This document shows positions 51,098 through 61,366 of a stretch of 64,000 bases of DNA, piece by piece. This DNA comes from Alphaproteobacteria bacterium (GTDB taxonomy: Bacteria; Pseudomonadota; Alphaproteobacteria; UBA828), in contig CBDCCI010000002.1 of NCBI GenBank assembly GCA_965214705.1, positions 2,816,001-2,880,000 on the forward strand, given 5' to 3'. How positions within the stretch are numbered: the first letter of the stretch is position 1; every line of letters begins with the position of its first letter. The position numbers and the translations under genes are program-made. Under the pieces are notes generated by a model that made no database searches, was not told the origin of the DNA, and saw only the letters and a list, made by a program, of their open reading frames with translations.

Positions 51098-53127
51098 TGT
51101 CTAAGCCACTTCAGTTCGAGGAAGCCCGGCTTGACCGCCGAGCAGCTGGCGTCTGGCGGAACGACGATGGTTGCGTCGGACTGTTCGATGATGGCTGGTC
51201 CAAGTGTCGTCTCTGCCGTCTCGACATCTCTACGCGTGAGAATCTGCGTCTCGAGCCAGCCCTGTTCGGGACCCCAGTAGACGTCTCGGCGCTGATCGCC
51301 AACTTCCAGCTCTGCCCAACGAGGATCGCCGAACTCCTTATTCTCGGCGACGCTCACGGCGGCGACACGAATGTTCACAGCTTCGACTGAGCTATCACGA
51401 AGCGAATGCCCGTAACGCGCCTCATGAGAGTCATGAAAGTTCTCCGCCGCCTTGTCGGTATCGATCTGCCCCAACTCGACGGGAATGGTGATCTCGTGCG
51501 TTTGCCCGGCGTACCTGAGGTCCAGTGCGGCGGAAACAACCACATTGCCATTCTTGGCGTCGTCGTGAAGCTCGGCAAGCGTTTCCTCGCTCAACTGTGT
51601 GAACATGTCGTGGAGCGCCATTGCTTCGAGATCCGCCAACGGCGTAAAGATCGTCTTCAGGCGCTCGCGGCGCCCATCGGCAAGTAACATGCCTTGAGCG
51701 GATGCGACGCCTGGGTAGGCGGGAACGACCACCGAAGACATCTCCAGTTCCGCCGCAACCTCCAGGCCGTGAGCGCCCCCACCACCACCGAGTGCAACAA
51801 GGGCATAGTCGCGCGGATCGCGGGAGCGTTCGATGGAGACCGACCGGATCGCGTCCGCCATATTGCTGTTGACGATGCGCAAGATGCCCCACGCCGTCTC
51901 TTCGCGGCTGAGGCCCAGTCGTACTGCTAACGCCTCAATGGATTTCCACGCTCGTTCCCGGTCGAGGCGGAGCCCGCCGCCGATGGCTAGACGGGGATTG
52001 TAGCGGCCGAGGGCAATCGCCGCGTCAGTCACCGTCGGCTCCACACCACCCTTCCCATAGCAGGCAGGGCCGGGAACCGCACCGGCGGAACGAGGGCCAA
52101 CGAGAATGGTCCCGCCTTGATCGACCCACGCAATGCTGCCACCGCCAGCGCCGACACTGACAATGTCGAGGCAAGGAATCTGGATCGGATATCCCACGAG
52201 CTCGATGTAGGTATTGCGATCGGGCTCACCGTTCGTGACCGCCGCCACGTCGGTGCTCGTGCCCCCCATATCGAAACTGATTACATTGCTTCGCCCGAGA
52301 GCCTTGGCGATCTCAAGTGCCAAAATCACCCCGCCAGCGGGACCGGAAAGCAGGGACTTCACCGGCACGCGACGCGCTTGAAGCGGATCTGCAAGGCCGC
52401 CGGAAGACTCCATGATCCGGAATCCTTCTTCCGTCAAGGAATGGGGAAGCGACCTTTCCAAGCCCTCCAGATAGTTGCTCATGATGGGACGGGCAATGGC
52501 ATTGATACAGGTGGTGCTTGTCCGTTCAAACTCGCGATAGTGAGGCAATACCTCGTGGGATAAAGACACGAACACTTTGTCGCCCAGGCGTTCCGCGATC
52601 GATTTGCCCAGCAAGAGCTCGTGTGCTGGATTTCTAAACGAGAACAACAGGCAGACCGCGACGCTGCTCACACCCGAAGCCTCGATCTCATCGACAACGC
52701 GCTTGATCTCATCCGCTTGAAGCGGCTCGATGATACTTCCGTCCGCGGCAATTCGTTCACGCACTTCCAATCGCTGTTTTCGCTTGATCAGCGGTTCCGG
52801 CTTCTTTTGCGTGAGATTGAACAGATCTTTTCGGTCGCCGCGCATGATCTCCAAAACATCTCTGAAACCATCGGTCGTGATCAGGAGGCAATCGGGACGA
52901 TCAGAAGTTAGAAGAGCATTCACGACGACGGTCGTACCGTGCCTTAGCGTCGAAATTTCTGTCGGGTCCTCACAGACGGTGGCCAGCGCGGCCAGGAAGC
53001 CCGCTTCCAGCTTTCCCGGTGTGGTGGCAGACTTCCCCACAAACCAGGAGCCATCGGCCCGACGGGTGATGGCGTCCGTAAATGTTCCGCCCATGTCTAT
53101 TGCAATGTCCATGTGCTCACTCGACAT
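51094..53127 (-). CDS. Hydantoinase A/oxoprolinase subunit (islet copy)
   Basis: IDMGGTFTD, HGTT, SGPAGG, DMGGTSTD, GPACYGKGG. Confidence 0.92.
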   Translation of the reverse strand: MSSEHMDIAIDMGGTFTDAITRRADGSWFVGKSATTPGKLEAGFLAALATVCEDPTEISTLRHGTTVVVNALLTSDRPDCLLITTDGFRDVLEIMRGDRKDLFNLTQKKPEPLIKRKQRLEVRERIAADGSIIEPLQADEIKRVVDEIEASGVSSVAVCLLFSFRNPAHELLLGKSIAERLGDKVFVSLSHEVLPHYREFERTSTTCINAIARPIMSNYLEGLERSLPHSLTEEGFRIMESSGGLADPLQARRVPVKSLLSGPAGGVILALEIAKALGRSNVISFDMGGTSTDVAAVTNGEPDRNTYIELVGYPIQIPCLDIVSVGAGGGSIAWVDQGGTILVGPRSAGAVPGPACYGKGGVEPTVTDAAIALGRYNPRLAIGGGLRLDRERAWKSIEALAVRLGLSREETAWGILRIVNSNMADAIRSVSIERSRDPRDYALVALGGGGGAHGLEVAAELEMSSVVVPAYPGVASAQGMLLADGRRERLKTIFTPLADLEAMALHDMFTQLSEETLAELHDDAKNGNVVVSAALDLRYAGQTHEITIPVELGQIDTDKAAENFHDSHEARYGHSLRDSSVEAVNIRVAAVSVAENKEFGDPRWAELEVGDQRRDVYWGPEQGWLETQILTRRDVETAETTLGPAIIEQSDATIVVPPDASCSAVKPGFLELKWLRQ

Positions 53128-53325
53128 GACCTGCGCCCCTTGGCTCCCTCGCTCACAAGGAGAGTCCTGGTTCTGCATAGCGCATCGTCGATGGGTTGGC
53201 ACGCGCGCCGGTCGCGGAGCCCTCAACCCGCTCAAGCGCTCGGCGCGCAACCCACGCGCCGAACAACAAGCGTTGGCGTTTGACCCTTTGGCATCCGACG
53301 TTCAGTACATTGCCAAGGTGATCGG

Positions 53326-53347
53326 TGTTCAATCTGCACGTTGAACA
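53326..53347. promoter_or_regulatory. Palindromic operator candidate
   Basis: TGTTCAA-N8-TTGAACA upstream of the islet hydantoinase operon. Confidence 0.45.
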
Positions 53348-53686
53348 ACACCGCGGGCCGCCTGCAGCACGCGGCGGCGGCGGTGGCAACATCGCCGGCC
53401 TCAATCGTGCTCCGGCCGCTGCTTGCGCAACCGTCCAGGCGCGGCGGCGGCGCCGGCGCATCGCGTGACGGCCGACAGGATTGTTGTTCGCCCTGCTGAT
53501 TGAACCCCATCCGCATGGTAACATCTTGAATCTCTTGCACGCCGAGGGGTCGAACGCCGCCTCCGAACGGCACTTGATCGGAGCGGCGGATCACGCCCGC
53601 CGGCGAATCTCGACGCTCGAGCACCTGCGCAAGGGATATACGTGGGACGATCGGGAATTCCTGCGAGGCCCCGAGGAACAAGATAC

Positions 53687-55000
53687 GTGACTTCCGGCGA
53701 GCTGATCTTTCTGGTCTGGAGCGACCTCGTCGGGGTCTCGCGCACGCGCGGCGTGCCGGCGGGCGAGTACGAGCGCCGCAAGGCCCACGGGCTCGGCTGG
53801 GCCCTGGCGGGGCAGGCGATGACCCCGTTCGAGGACATTGCCGAGAACCCGTGGGGGCCGATGGACGAGGTGCGGCAAGTCCCCGATGACGCGACGCGGC
53901 GACGGATCGCGCTGCGCCCCGAGCACCCGCCCCTTCATCTGGTCCTCTGCAACAGCCTCAACCCCGACGGCAGCACCTGGGAATGCTGCACGCGGCGCTT
54001 TCTGGCGGCGGCGCTGGCCGATCTGAAGGCCGAGACGGGCCTCGACCTGCACATCGCCTACGAGAACGAGTTCGCGCTCTACGGCGAGGAGCTTCGTTGG
54101 GCGGCGCCGTTCTCGCTGGATGCGGTGCGGCGGATCGCGCCGTTCGCCGACCTCTGCGTGGCGGCCCTGATCGACGCTGAGCTGGGGCTCGAGACCTTCG
54201 AGCCCGAATACGGCGTCGGGCAATTCGAGGTAACCAACGGTCCGGCTGCGGGGCTCGCGGGCGCGGACCGTGTCGTGCTCACCCGTGAAATCGTGCGGGA
54301 AGCCGCGCGCCAGAGCGGGCTGCGCGCAACATTCGCCCCCAAGCCGGCCCCCGATGCGGTGGGCAACGGCTGCCACCTTCACCTGAGCCTGTGGGACGCC
54401 GACGGCAACGCCGCCGCCTACGACGCCGATGCGCCGGGCGAGCTCAGCACGGTTGCCGCGAGCTTCTGCGCGGGCGTGCAGCGGCATCTCGGCGCCCTTT
54501 GCGCCATGACGGCGCCGAGCCCCACTTCCTACCTGCGCCTCGGCCCCCATCACTGGAGCTGCGGCTACGACATCGTCGGCGTCCAGAATCGCGAGGCCGC
54601 GATTCGCATCTGCCCGTCGCCCGCCACCGACCCGGCCGACCGCGGCGAGGCCTTCAACATCGAATTCCGCTTCACCGATGCCACGGCAAGCCCGTATCTG
54701 GCCATCGGCGTGATCGTGCGCGCAGGGCTCCAGGGCATCCGCGACGCGCTGCCGCGCCCGACCCTGGTGGAAGGCGAGCCGGACGATCTGAGCGCAGACG
54801 AGCGCAGCGCGCGCGGCATCAGCCGGCTGCCCACCTCGCTCGAGGAGGCTCTCGACGCGTTCGGCGCGGACGAGACCGTGAAGGGCTGGTTCACGCCCAC
54901 CATGGTGAAGGCCTACACCGCCCTCAAGCGGCACGAGGTTCGGCTCTACGCGGAGTCGAGGCCCCAACACATGTGCGAACGATACATGCAGGTCTATTGA
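53687..55000 (+). CDS. Glutamine synthetase-family (gamma-glutamyl ligase-like) protein
   Basis: ENEF, EPEYGVGQFE, GNGCHLHLSL, NREAAIRI, IEFRFTDATASPYLA. Confidence 0.88.
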   Translation: MTSGELIFLVWSDLVGVSRTRGVPAGEYERRKAHGLGWALAGQAMTPFEDIAENPWGPMDEVRQVPDDATRRRIALRPEHPPLHLVLCNSLNPDGSTWECCTRRFLAAALADLKAETGLDLHIAYENEFALYGEELRWAAPFSLDAVRRIAPFADLCVAALIDAELGLETFEPEYGVGQFEVTNGPAAGLAGADRVVLTREIVREAARQSGLRATFAPKPAPDAVGNGCHLHLSLWDADGNAAAYDADAPGELSTVAASFCAGVQRHLGALCAMTAPSPTSYLRLGPHHWSCGYDIVGVQNREAAIRICPSPATDPADRGEAFNIEFRFTDATASPYLAIGVIVRAGLQGIRDALPRPTLVEGEPDDLSADERSARGISRLPTSLEEALDAFGADETVKGWFTPTMVKAYTALKRHEVRLYAESRPQHMCERYMQVY

Positions 55001-55028
55001 CCCGGCCTCAATCGGGGAGACGAGAGCC

Positions 55029-55715
55029 ATGCAACGCAGCGAAATCGATGCCATTCCCCTGGAAGGCGACGTGTCGTTCAGGCAGCGGGCGGTCGAGCCC
55101 GAACGCACCGCCCTGCTCGTCGTCGACCTTCAGAAGGGCTACTACAACGATGAGATACGCGCGCGGGAGCCGGAACACCGATACCTCTACGACCGAATCC
55201 GCGACGTGGTCATCCCGAACGGGCAACGCCTGATCGCCGCTTGCCGCAGCGCCGACATCGAGGTCGTCTACACGGTGGTCGAGTGCCTGACGAAGGACGG
55301 CCGCGACCGCGGTCTGGACTACAAGATTTCCGGCATCTTCGCCGCCAAGGGCTCGTGGGAAGCCGAGGTCATCGACGAGCTGGCCCCCGGAGACGACGAC
55401 ATCATCATCCCCAAAACCTCCTCCAGCCTCTTCAACTCGACCAACTGCGAGTACGTGCTGCGCAACCTCGGCATCGAATACGTGATGGTCATGGGGATGT
55501 TGACCGACCAATGCGTCGAGACCGCCGTGCGCGACGGCTGCGATCGCGGCTTCCTCATGACCCTGGTGGACGACGCGTGCGCCACGCACTCGGACGAGCG
55601 CCACCGCGAGGCCCTGCAGGGCTTCAAGGGCTATTGCCGGATCCGCACCACCGCCGAGCTGCTTGAAGAGCTGGAGCACCTACGCCCCGCGCGTCCCGCG
55701 GCGGTTTCGGCCTGA
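55029..55715 (+). CDS. Isochorismatase-family cysteine hydrolase
   Basis: ALLVVDLQ, PKTSSSLF, GMLTDQCVETAVRD. Confidence 0.9.
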   Translation: MQRSEIDAIPLEGDVSFRQRAVEPERTALLVVDLQKGYYNDEIRAREPEHRYLYDRIRDVVIPNGQRLIAACRSADIEVVYTVVECLTKDGRDRGLDYKISGIFAAKGSWEAEVIDELAPGDDDIIIPKTSSSLFNSTNCEYVLRNLGIEYVMVMGMLTDQCVETAVRDGCDRGFLMTLVDDACATHSDERHREALQGFKGYCRIRTTAELLEELEHLRPARPAAVSA

Positions 55716-55718
55716 CGA

Positions 55719-56612
55719 GTGAGCGAACCCTCCGACAGCTACACGCGTCACGCGGCTCACTTCGAAAGGGTCTACGACCTCGACGATCCGAGCCCATACT
55801 TCGCGACGCTGAGGCGGGCCGACTACCGCATGCCGGTGGCGCTGGCCGGCGCGCTGAAGGCAATCCACGGGCCCTTGAGCGCGGCGCGCGATGCTGGAAA
55901 GACCCTGCGGGTGCTCGACTTCGCCTGCGGCTACGGTGCCATTGGCGCGCTGTTGCGTCACGACGTCTCCATCTCGGCGCTCTATGCCCGCTACGCCGCG
56001 CGGCAGTGGCAGCCGGCCGACGGGCGGCGCTATTGGGCCGACGACATCGCCTTCTTCGCCGCCCGCCGCGCGGAGACGGCGCCGTTCGAGATCGGCGGCA
56101 TCGACATCGCCGGGAACGCCCTCGCCTACGCCGCGGCCCTCGGCTTCGTGGACCGGGCGTACCCCGAGAATCTCGTGGAGGATGCACCCAGTGCCGGGTT
56201 AAGGCGCTTCATTCAGAGCGTACATCTGGTGGTCGAGAGCGGCGCCCTGGGCGTGCTGTTGCCGGACGCGTTCGCGCGCGTGCTCGATTGTGCCGGCGGC
56301 GAGAGCCCGCCCTGGTTCCTCTACAGCCCGCGTCCCGACGTGAACTGGTCGGCGCTGGAGAGCCTCTGGGTTGAACGGGGATATCGCACGGAGAGCTTTC
56401 TCGGTGCGCCGGTCCGCTACCGCAAGCCGCTGGAAGCGCAGGAGGGCGCGGACATGCTTCGCCGTTCCCGAGGGTTCGGCAAGCCCGACGAGGCGATCAT
56501 GCGCGACGGTTACTTCCTGGTCGACATGACGCTCGCGCGGCCCGAGGCCTATACCGCCAACCCACCCATTGCGCAGTTGCGGGGCCGCATGGTGGAAGAG
56601 AGTTCGGAGTAG
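55719..56612 (+). CDS. Class I SAM-dependent methyltransferase-like protein
   Basis: RVLDFACGYG, GGIDIA motifs. Confidence 0.7.
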   Translation: MSEPSDSYTRHAAHFERVYDLDDPSPYFATLRRADYRMPVALAGALKAIHGPLSAARDAGKTLRVLDFACGYGAIGALLRHDVSISALYARYAARQWQPADGRRYWADDIAFFAARRAETAPFEIGGIDIAGNALAYAAALGFVDRAYPENLVEDAPSAGLRRFIQSVHLVVESGALGVLLPDAFARVLDCAGGESPPWFLYSPRPDVNWSALESLWVERGYRTESFLGAPVRYRKPLEAQEGADMLRRSRGFGKPDEAIMRDGYFLVDMTLARPEAYTANPPIAQLRGRMVEESSE

Positions 56613-56615
56613 CGC

Positions 56616-59600
56616 TCACCGCCCTCCGGCGGCGGCGAGCTGGCGCGTGACCAGCTGGCTGTAGAGGCCTGCGCGGGCGAGCAGGGCCTCGTGCGTGCCG
56701 GTCTCGACGATGCGGCCGTCGTCGAGCACCACGATGGTATCGGCATCGCGCACGGTGGAGAGGCGATGGGCGATCACCACCGTGGTGCGCTCGGCCATCA
56801 GCTCCGTCAGCGCCCGGCGCAGCATCGCCTCGTTCACCGCATCCAGGTGCGAGGTCGCCTCGTCCAGGATCAGGATCGGCGCGTTCTTGAGGACCGCGCG
56901 GGCGACCGCCACGCGCTGGCGCTGCCCGCCCGAGAGCTGCGTGCCCCGCTCGCCGACGCGGGTCTCCAGCCCCTCCGGCAGCGCCGCGACGAAGTCGTCG
57001 AGCGCCGCGCGGCGCACCGCCTCGGCAAGCTCGGCCTCCGAGGCGTCCGGCCGGGCGATCAGGATGTTGGCGCGGAGCGTGTCGTTGAAGAGGTAGGTGT
57101 CCTGCGCCACCAGCGCAATGCGGGCGCGGAGCGCATCGAGCGTCCACTGGCGCACGTCCTCGCCATCCAGCCGCACCGTGCCTTCCGCCGGGTCCCAGAA
57201 GCGCATGAAGAGGTGGGCGATGGTTGTCTTGCCCGCGCCGGAGGGGCCCACCAGCGCCAGGGTCTCGCCGGGGCGGACCGTGAGCGTGACGTCGCTGAGC
57301 GCCGGCCGCCTGGTGCCGACGTAGGTGAAGCTGACGCCTGCCATCTCCAGCGCCGCCGCGCCGGGTGAGGGGCTGGCGCCGGGGCCGTCCGCCACCCTGA
57401 CTGGGGCGCTGTGCACGGCGTGCAGCCGCCGCGTCGCGCCCAGGGTGTCCGCAAGCTGGCGGCCGATGTGGGCGATCTCGGAGACCGGCAGGAAGGTCGC
57501 CATGGCGAGGATCGCGAGCAGCGGCAGCATCGCCGCCTCCAGCCAGCCGGCGGCGATCCAAGCGGTGCCGGCCATCACCACGGCAAGCCCGCCGAGGCCG
57601 GTCGCCGTCTCGATCAGCGCCATCTGGACCGTGAGGTCGCGGTAGTAAGGCATGCGCACGCGGTGATGGTCGCGCACGAAGCCGAGGAAGACCGCGCGCC
57701 GCGCCGCCTGCTGGCCGAAAGCCAAGAGCTCCGTCAGCCCCTGGATGGTGTCCACCGCATGGGCGTTGAGCAGGCCCAGCATCTCGCGCGCCCGCCCGCC
57801 CAGCCGGTCCAGCCGCTTGCGCAGGAAGAAGGGGCTGAGCCCCACCAGCAGGATGAAGGGCGCGAGCGCCGCCGCCGTCGGCCAGCCGTAGACCAGCAGC
57901 GTCGCCATCACCGCCGCCGGCACCAGGATCGCGACCAGCGCCGGCGCGATCGTGTGGGCGAAGAAGTACTCCACCAGCTCCACGTCCTGCGTCGCCATGC
58001 CGACGATGTCGCCGGTGCGCCGGCGCAGCAGGTAGGCGGGCGCGAGCCGGTCCAGCTTGTCGTAGAGCGCGATCCGCATCTCGGTGAGCAGGCGGAAGGC
58101 CATGTCGTGGGCGACCCAGGATTCGAGCCAGTGCAGCAGGCCGGCGAGCGGGGCGATGGCGTAGAGCGCGATCAGCAGCCCGCCCACCGGCGTGCCCAGC
58201 TTGAGGCCGGCGACCACCAGCGCGCTCAGCACGCCGATGCCGATGAAGGCCACCACGCGCGCGACGCCGAGCCCGAAGGCGAGGTTCACGCGGCTGCGGA
58301 AGGGCCGCACCAGGCCGAGCAGGCGCATCCAGGCGCTCCACCAGCCGAGGCCCTCGGCCCGCAGCACCTCGTCGTCGGGCTCGATGGTGGCGGCGGCGAG
58401 GCGGCGGTCCTCGGTGGTGGGCTCGATCGCGGGCTCGGCGCCGGGCGCTGCTGGAGGCGGCGCCTCCAGCCCCTCCCGCACCTGGTCCGCCATCAGGCGG
58501 TGGTACACGCCCTGCTTCGCCATCAGCGCCGCGTGGCTGCCGCTCTCCACCACGCGGCCTTCGTCCAGCACAAGGATGCGGTCGGCGTCGATCACACTGG
58601 AAAGCCGGTGCGCCATGATGAGCACCGTCCGCCCGCCCATGAGGCGCCCGAGCGCGTCCTGGATCACCGCCTCGTTCTCGGCATCGACCGAGGAGAGCGC
58701 CTCGTCCAGCAGCAGGATCGGCGCGTCCCGCAGCAGCGCGCGGGCGATGGCGATGCGCTGGCGCTGCCCGCCCGAGAGGCGGATGCCGCGCTCGCCGATC
58801 ACCGTGTCGTAGCCCTGCGGCAGGCGGGCGATGAAGCCGTGCGCGTTGGCCGCCTGCGCGGCTGCTTCCACCTCGGCGTCGCTCGCGTCCGGCTTGCCGA
58901 AGCGGATGTTCTCCGCCGCGGTGCCGTGGAACAGGTACGTGTCCTGATTCACGACGCCGAAGCGCGCGCGCAAGGCCGCGCGGTCCAGCGTGCGCAGGTC
59001 CTCGCCGCCGAGCAGGATGCGGCCCTCCTGCGGGTCGTCGAAGCGCATGAGCAGGCGCAGGATCGTGGACTTGCCGGCGCCGCTCGCGCCGACGATGCCG
59101 ACCCGCTCGCCCGCGCCCACGGTGAAGGAGAGCCCGGCGTGGGCAGCGCGCCGACCGCCCGGATAGGCGAAGTGCACGTCCTCGAAGGCGAGGGTCGGGG
59201 CGAGCGGGGCGGCGTCTGCGGCGCCATCCGTATCCTCGATGGCAGGCCTGGTATCGAGCAGGCGGAACAGGCTCTCCGCCGCCGACTGCCCATGCATGCC
59301 CGTGTGCAGCAGAGCGCGCAGATCGCGCATGGGACGGAAGACCTCGACCCCCATCATCAGCACGATGAGCAGCACCTCGATGCCGATGGTGCCGTCGGCG
59401 ACACGGGCAGCGCCGACCCCCAGCGCCGCCGCCGCACCGACCGCGATGCCGGCGTCGGTGATCCCGCGCGAGGCCGAGTTACTGGCCAGCACCCACATGG
59501 TGCTGCGAAAGAGGTCGTGGGCCTTCCCGGCGAGGAAGCGCCCACGCGCGCCGCTCTGGCCGAAGGCCTTGAGTGTCGCCAGCCCCTGCACGGAATCGAG

Positions 59601-60194
59601 CAGCTCGGCGCCGTAGGCCGCATAGGCCGACTGCCGCGCCTTCGCCGCCCTCATGTCCCAATGGTGGAAGGCCACGGGTGCCACCAGGGTGAGCAGGGCG
59701 AAGCCGAGGAGGACCCCGGCGAGCGGCAGATCGAGGAAGGCGGCGAAGGCGAAGATGCCGAAGGGCGTGACCGCGGCGACGACGAGCTGCGGCAGGTACT
59801 GGCCGAAATAGGTCTCCAGCTGCTCGACGCCGTCGATCACGCTGAGCAGCACTTCGCCAGAGCGCTGCCCGCCGAACTGGCCGGGGCCGAGCGCCGCGAT
59901 CTGGTCGAAGAGCCGTGCACGAATCTGGTGCTGCACCAGGGCGGCGGTGTGATGTGCGGCCATTGTGCGCCAGTATTCGAGCACGCCGCGCGCCAGCATC
60001 GCCGCCGCCACCGCGACGATGGGCAGGATCAGGTCGCCGAAGCTCTCGCCCTGAAAGACCCGCCCCAGCAGCCAGCCGAGCAGCGCCAGCCGCGCGATCC
60101 CGACCGCCGCAGAGAGCAGGCCGAGCACGACCGCGCCCGCGATGCGCAGCCGCAGGCCCTCGGTGAACTGCCACAACCTGGGGTCGAAATACAT
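56616..60194 (-). CDS. Fused double (TMD-NBD)2 ABC transporter, CydDC/IrtAB-like
   Basis: Two Walker A (GASGAGKS, GPSGAGKT), two LSGGQRQR, two TMDs joined by a Pro/Ala linker. Confidence 0.92.
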   Translation of the reverse strand: MYFDPRLWQFTEGLRLRIAGAVVLGLLSAAVGIARLALLGWLLGRVFQGESFGDLILPIVAVAAAMLARGVLEYWRTMAAHHTAALVQHQIRARLFDQIAALGPGQFGGQRSGEVLLSVIDGVEQLETYFGQYLPQLVVAAVTPFGIFAFAAFLDLPLAGVLLGFALLTLVAPVAFHHWDMRAAKARQSAYAAYGAELLDSVQGLATLKAFGQSGARGRFLAGKAHDLFRSTMWVLASNSASRGITDAGIAVGAAAALGVGAARVADGTIGIEVLLIVLMMGVEVFRPMRDLRALLHTGMHGQSAAESLFRLLDTRPAIEDTDGAADAAPLAPTLAFEDVHFAYPGGRRAAHAGLSFTVGAGERVGIVGASGAGKSTILRLLMRFDDPQEGRILLGGEDLRTLDRAALRARFGVVNQDTYLFHGTAAENIRFGKPDASDAEVEAAAQAANAHGFIARLPQGYDTVIGERGIRLSGGQRQRIAIARALLRDAPILLLDEALSSVDAENEAVIQDALGRLMGGRTVLIMAHRLSSVIDADRILVLDEGRVVESGSHAALMAKQGVYHRLMADQVREGLEAPPPAAPGAEPAIEPTTEDRRLAAATIEPDDEVLRAEGLGWWSAWMRLLGLVRPFRSRVNLAFGLGVARVVAFIGIGVLSALVVAGLKLGTPVGGLLIALYAIAPLAGLLHWLESWVAHDMAFRLLTEMRIALYDKLDRLAPAYLLRRRTGDIVGMATQDVELVEYFFAHTIAPALVAILVPAAVMATLLVYGWPTAAALAPFILLVGLSPFFLRKRLDRLGGRAREMLGLLNAHAVDTIQGLTELLAFGQQAARRAVFLGFVRDHHRVRMPYYRDLTVQMALIETATGLGGLAVVMAGTAWIAAGWLEAAMLPLLAILAMATFLPVSEIAHIGRQLADTLGATRRLHAVHSAPVRVADGPGASPSPGAAALEMAGVSFTYVGTRRPALSDVTLTVRPGETLALVGPSGAGKTTIAHLFMRFWDPAEGTVRLDGEDVRQWTLDALRARIALVAQDTYLFNDTLRANILIARPDASEAELAEAVRRAALDDFVAALPEGLETRVGERGTQLSGGQRQRVAVARAVLKNAPILILDEATSHLDAVNEAMLRRALTELMAERTTVVIAHRLSTVRDADTIVVLDDGRIVETGTHEALLARAGLYSQLVTRQLAAAGGR

Positions 60195-60546
60195 GCGCGC
60201 CTACCGTCGAACCCGCCCCCATCGACCACAAAGGCGCGGCGTTGTCCACCACGTCGCGGCTCATGCCGTTACGGCACCCAGTGCGAAGATACAGGGCTCA
60301 GCGCATCATATGTTCACTATCCGCATGGCTAAATTGCCGGACCACCAGTTACGCCAAACGGGGGTTCACTGCTGGCCAACAGTCTTCTCAGACGCCGGCG
60401 ATCGCATCACTCGCGCGCGTTCACCTCTCTGACAGTCACCTTGCGCGAACAATGAGACATAGTGAAAAGATCTTGAGAATAGCCATTGCAAAGAAGATAC
60501 GATTTCAGAATAATGCTAGACTGAGATGTCCGTCGAGTTGAGACTT

Positions 60547-61089
60547 ATGTTTATTTTTGTCGATATCCTTCGCAGGGCAAGGCTGCTCTTGGTAGGAGTT
60601 GCTTTTGCCTTTACTTTTGTTGCTGGTATTGGCACCAATTACGCTTGGGGTTGCTATAGTGACTACATCCAGGCGCCGGCTCCCTTTATGGGAAACGACG
60701 GAGAAGTCTTAAAGCTGGGTGATGGAAGTATCTGGCAAGTAAAATATGCTTATGAATACCTGTATGAATACTATCCTAATGTTGTTATTTGTCCTGGCAT
60801 CAATAAATTGATCATCGGAGATGTGCAGATAGATGTTGTTCCGCTTTCTGGAGGCAACTATGGACCGCACGGAGACGTGATCGAATCCAAGATCGACGGC
60901 ACTTTCGAAGGATGGAGTGGCGAAACAATCGTAATACTCACCAATGGTCAGGTATGGCAGCAAAATGAATACTACTATACATACAAATATGCCTATCGCC
61001 CGGACGTTCTCATCTATCGAACAAACGGAAGATACAAGATGAAAGTCGAAGGTATTGATCGTGCTGTTCGTGTTGTTCGTCTCAAATAA
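60547..61089 (+). CDS. Low-GC secreted protein with internal duplication
   Basis: Signal-like N-terminus; LGDGSIWQVKYAYEYLYEYYPNVVI / LTNGQVWQQNEYYYTYKYAYRPDVLI. Confidence 0.7.
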   Translation: MFIFVDILRRARLLLVGVAFAFTFVAGIGTNYAWGCYSDYIQAPAPFMGNDGEVLKLGDGSIWQVKYAYEYLYEYYPNVVICPGINKLIIGDVQIDVVPLSGGNYGPHGDVIESKIDGTFEGWSGETIVILTNGQVWQQNEYYYTYKYAYRPDVLIYRTNGRYKMKVEGIDRAVRVVRLK

Positions 61090-61366
61090 CTCGGGCGGGA
61101 GCAATCAAGATAGTGCCGTTTCAGTATTGTGGAACAAACCAATTGTTGTAGTCGACCGGCGCGGATCGTGAGAATTCCGTCTTCTGACAGCAGACGGAGA
61201 AGCACTGGAGCCGACCTGCCCCATATACTGGCCGTAGCCGGGGCGAGGGACCCAGCTGCGTAGCAACCATACCGTGCCTTTCACCCCGCGATCACGCGGA
61301 AGTGGGATGTATGTGATCCGGGCATTGGCATAAGATGCGCGCGGCCCTGCGCTAGGGAGGATTGCC

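Noticed and set aside
53401-53686. Riboswitch or small ORF upstream of the GS-like gene
   Set aside because: A hairpin (CGCCGCCTCCGA..TCGGAGCGGCG) exists, but I cannot match a known riboswitch consensus and the ORFs look spurious.
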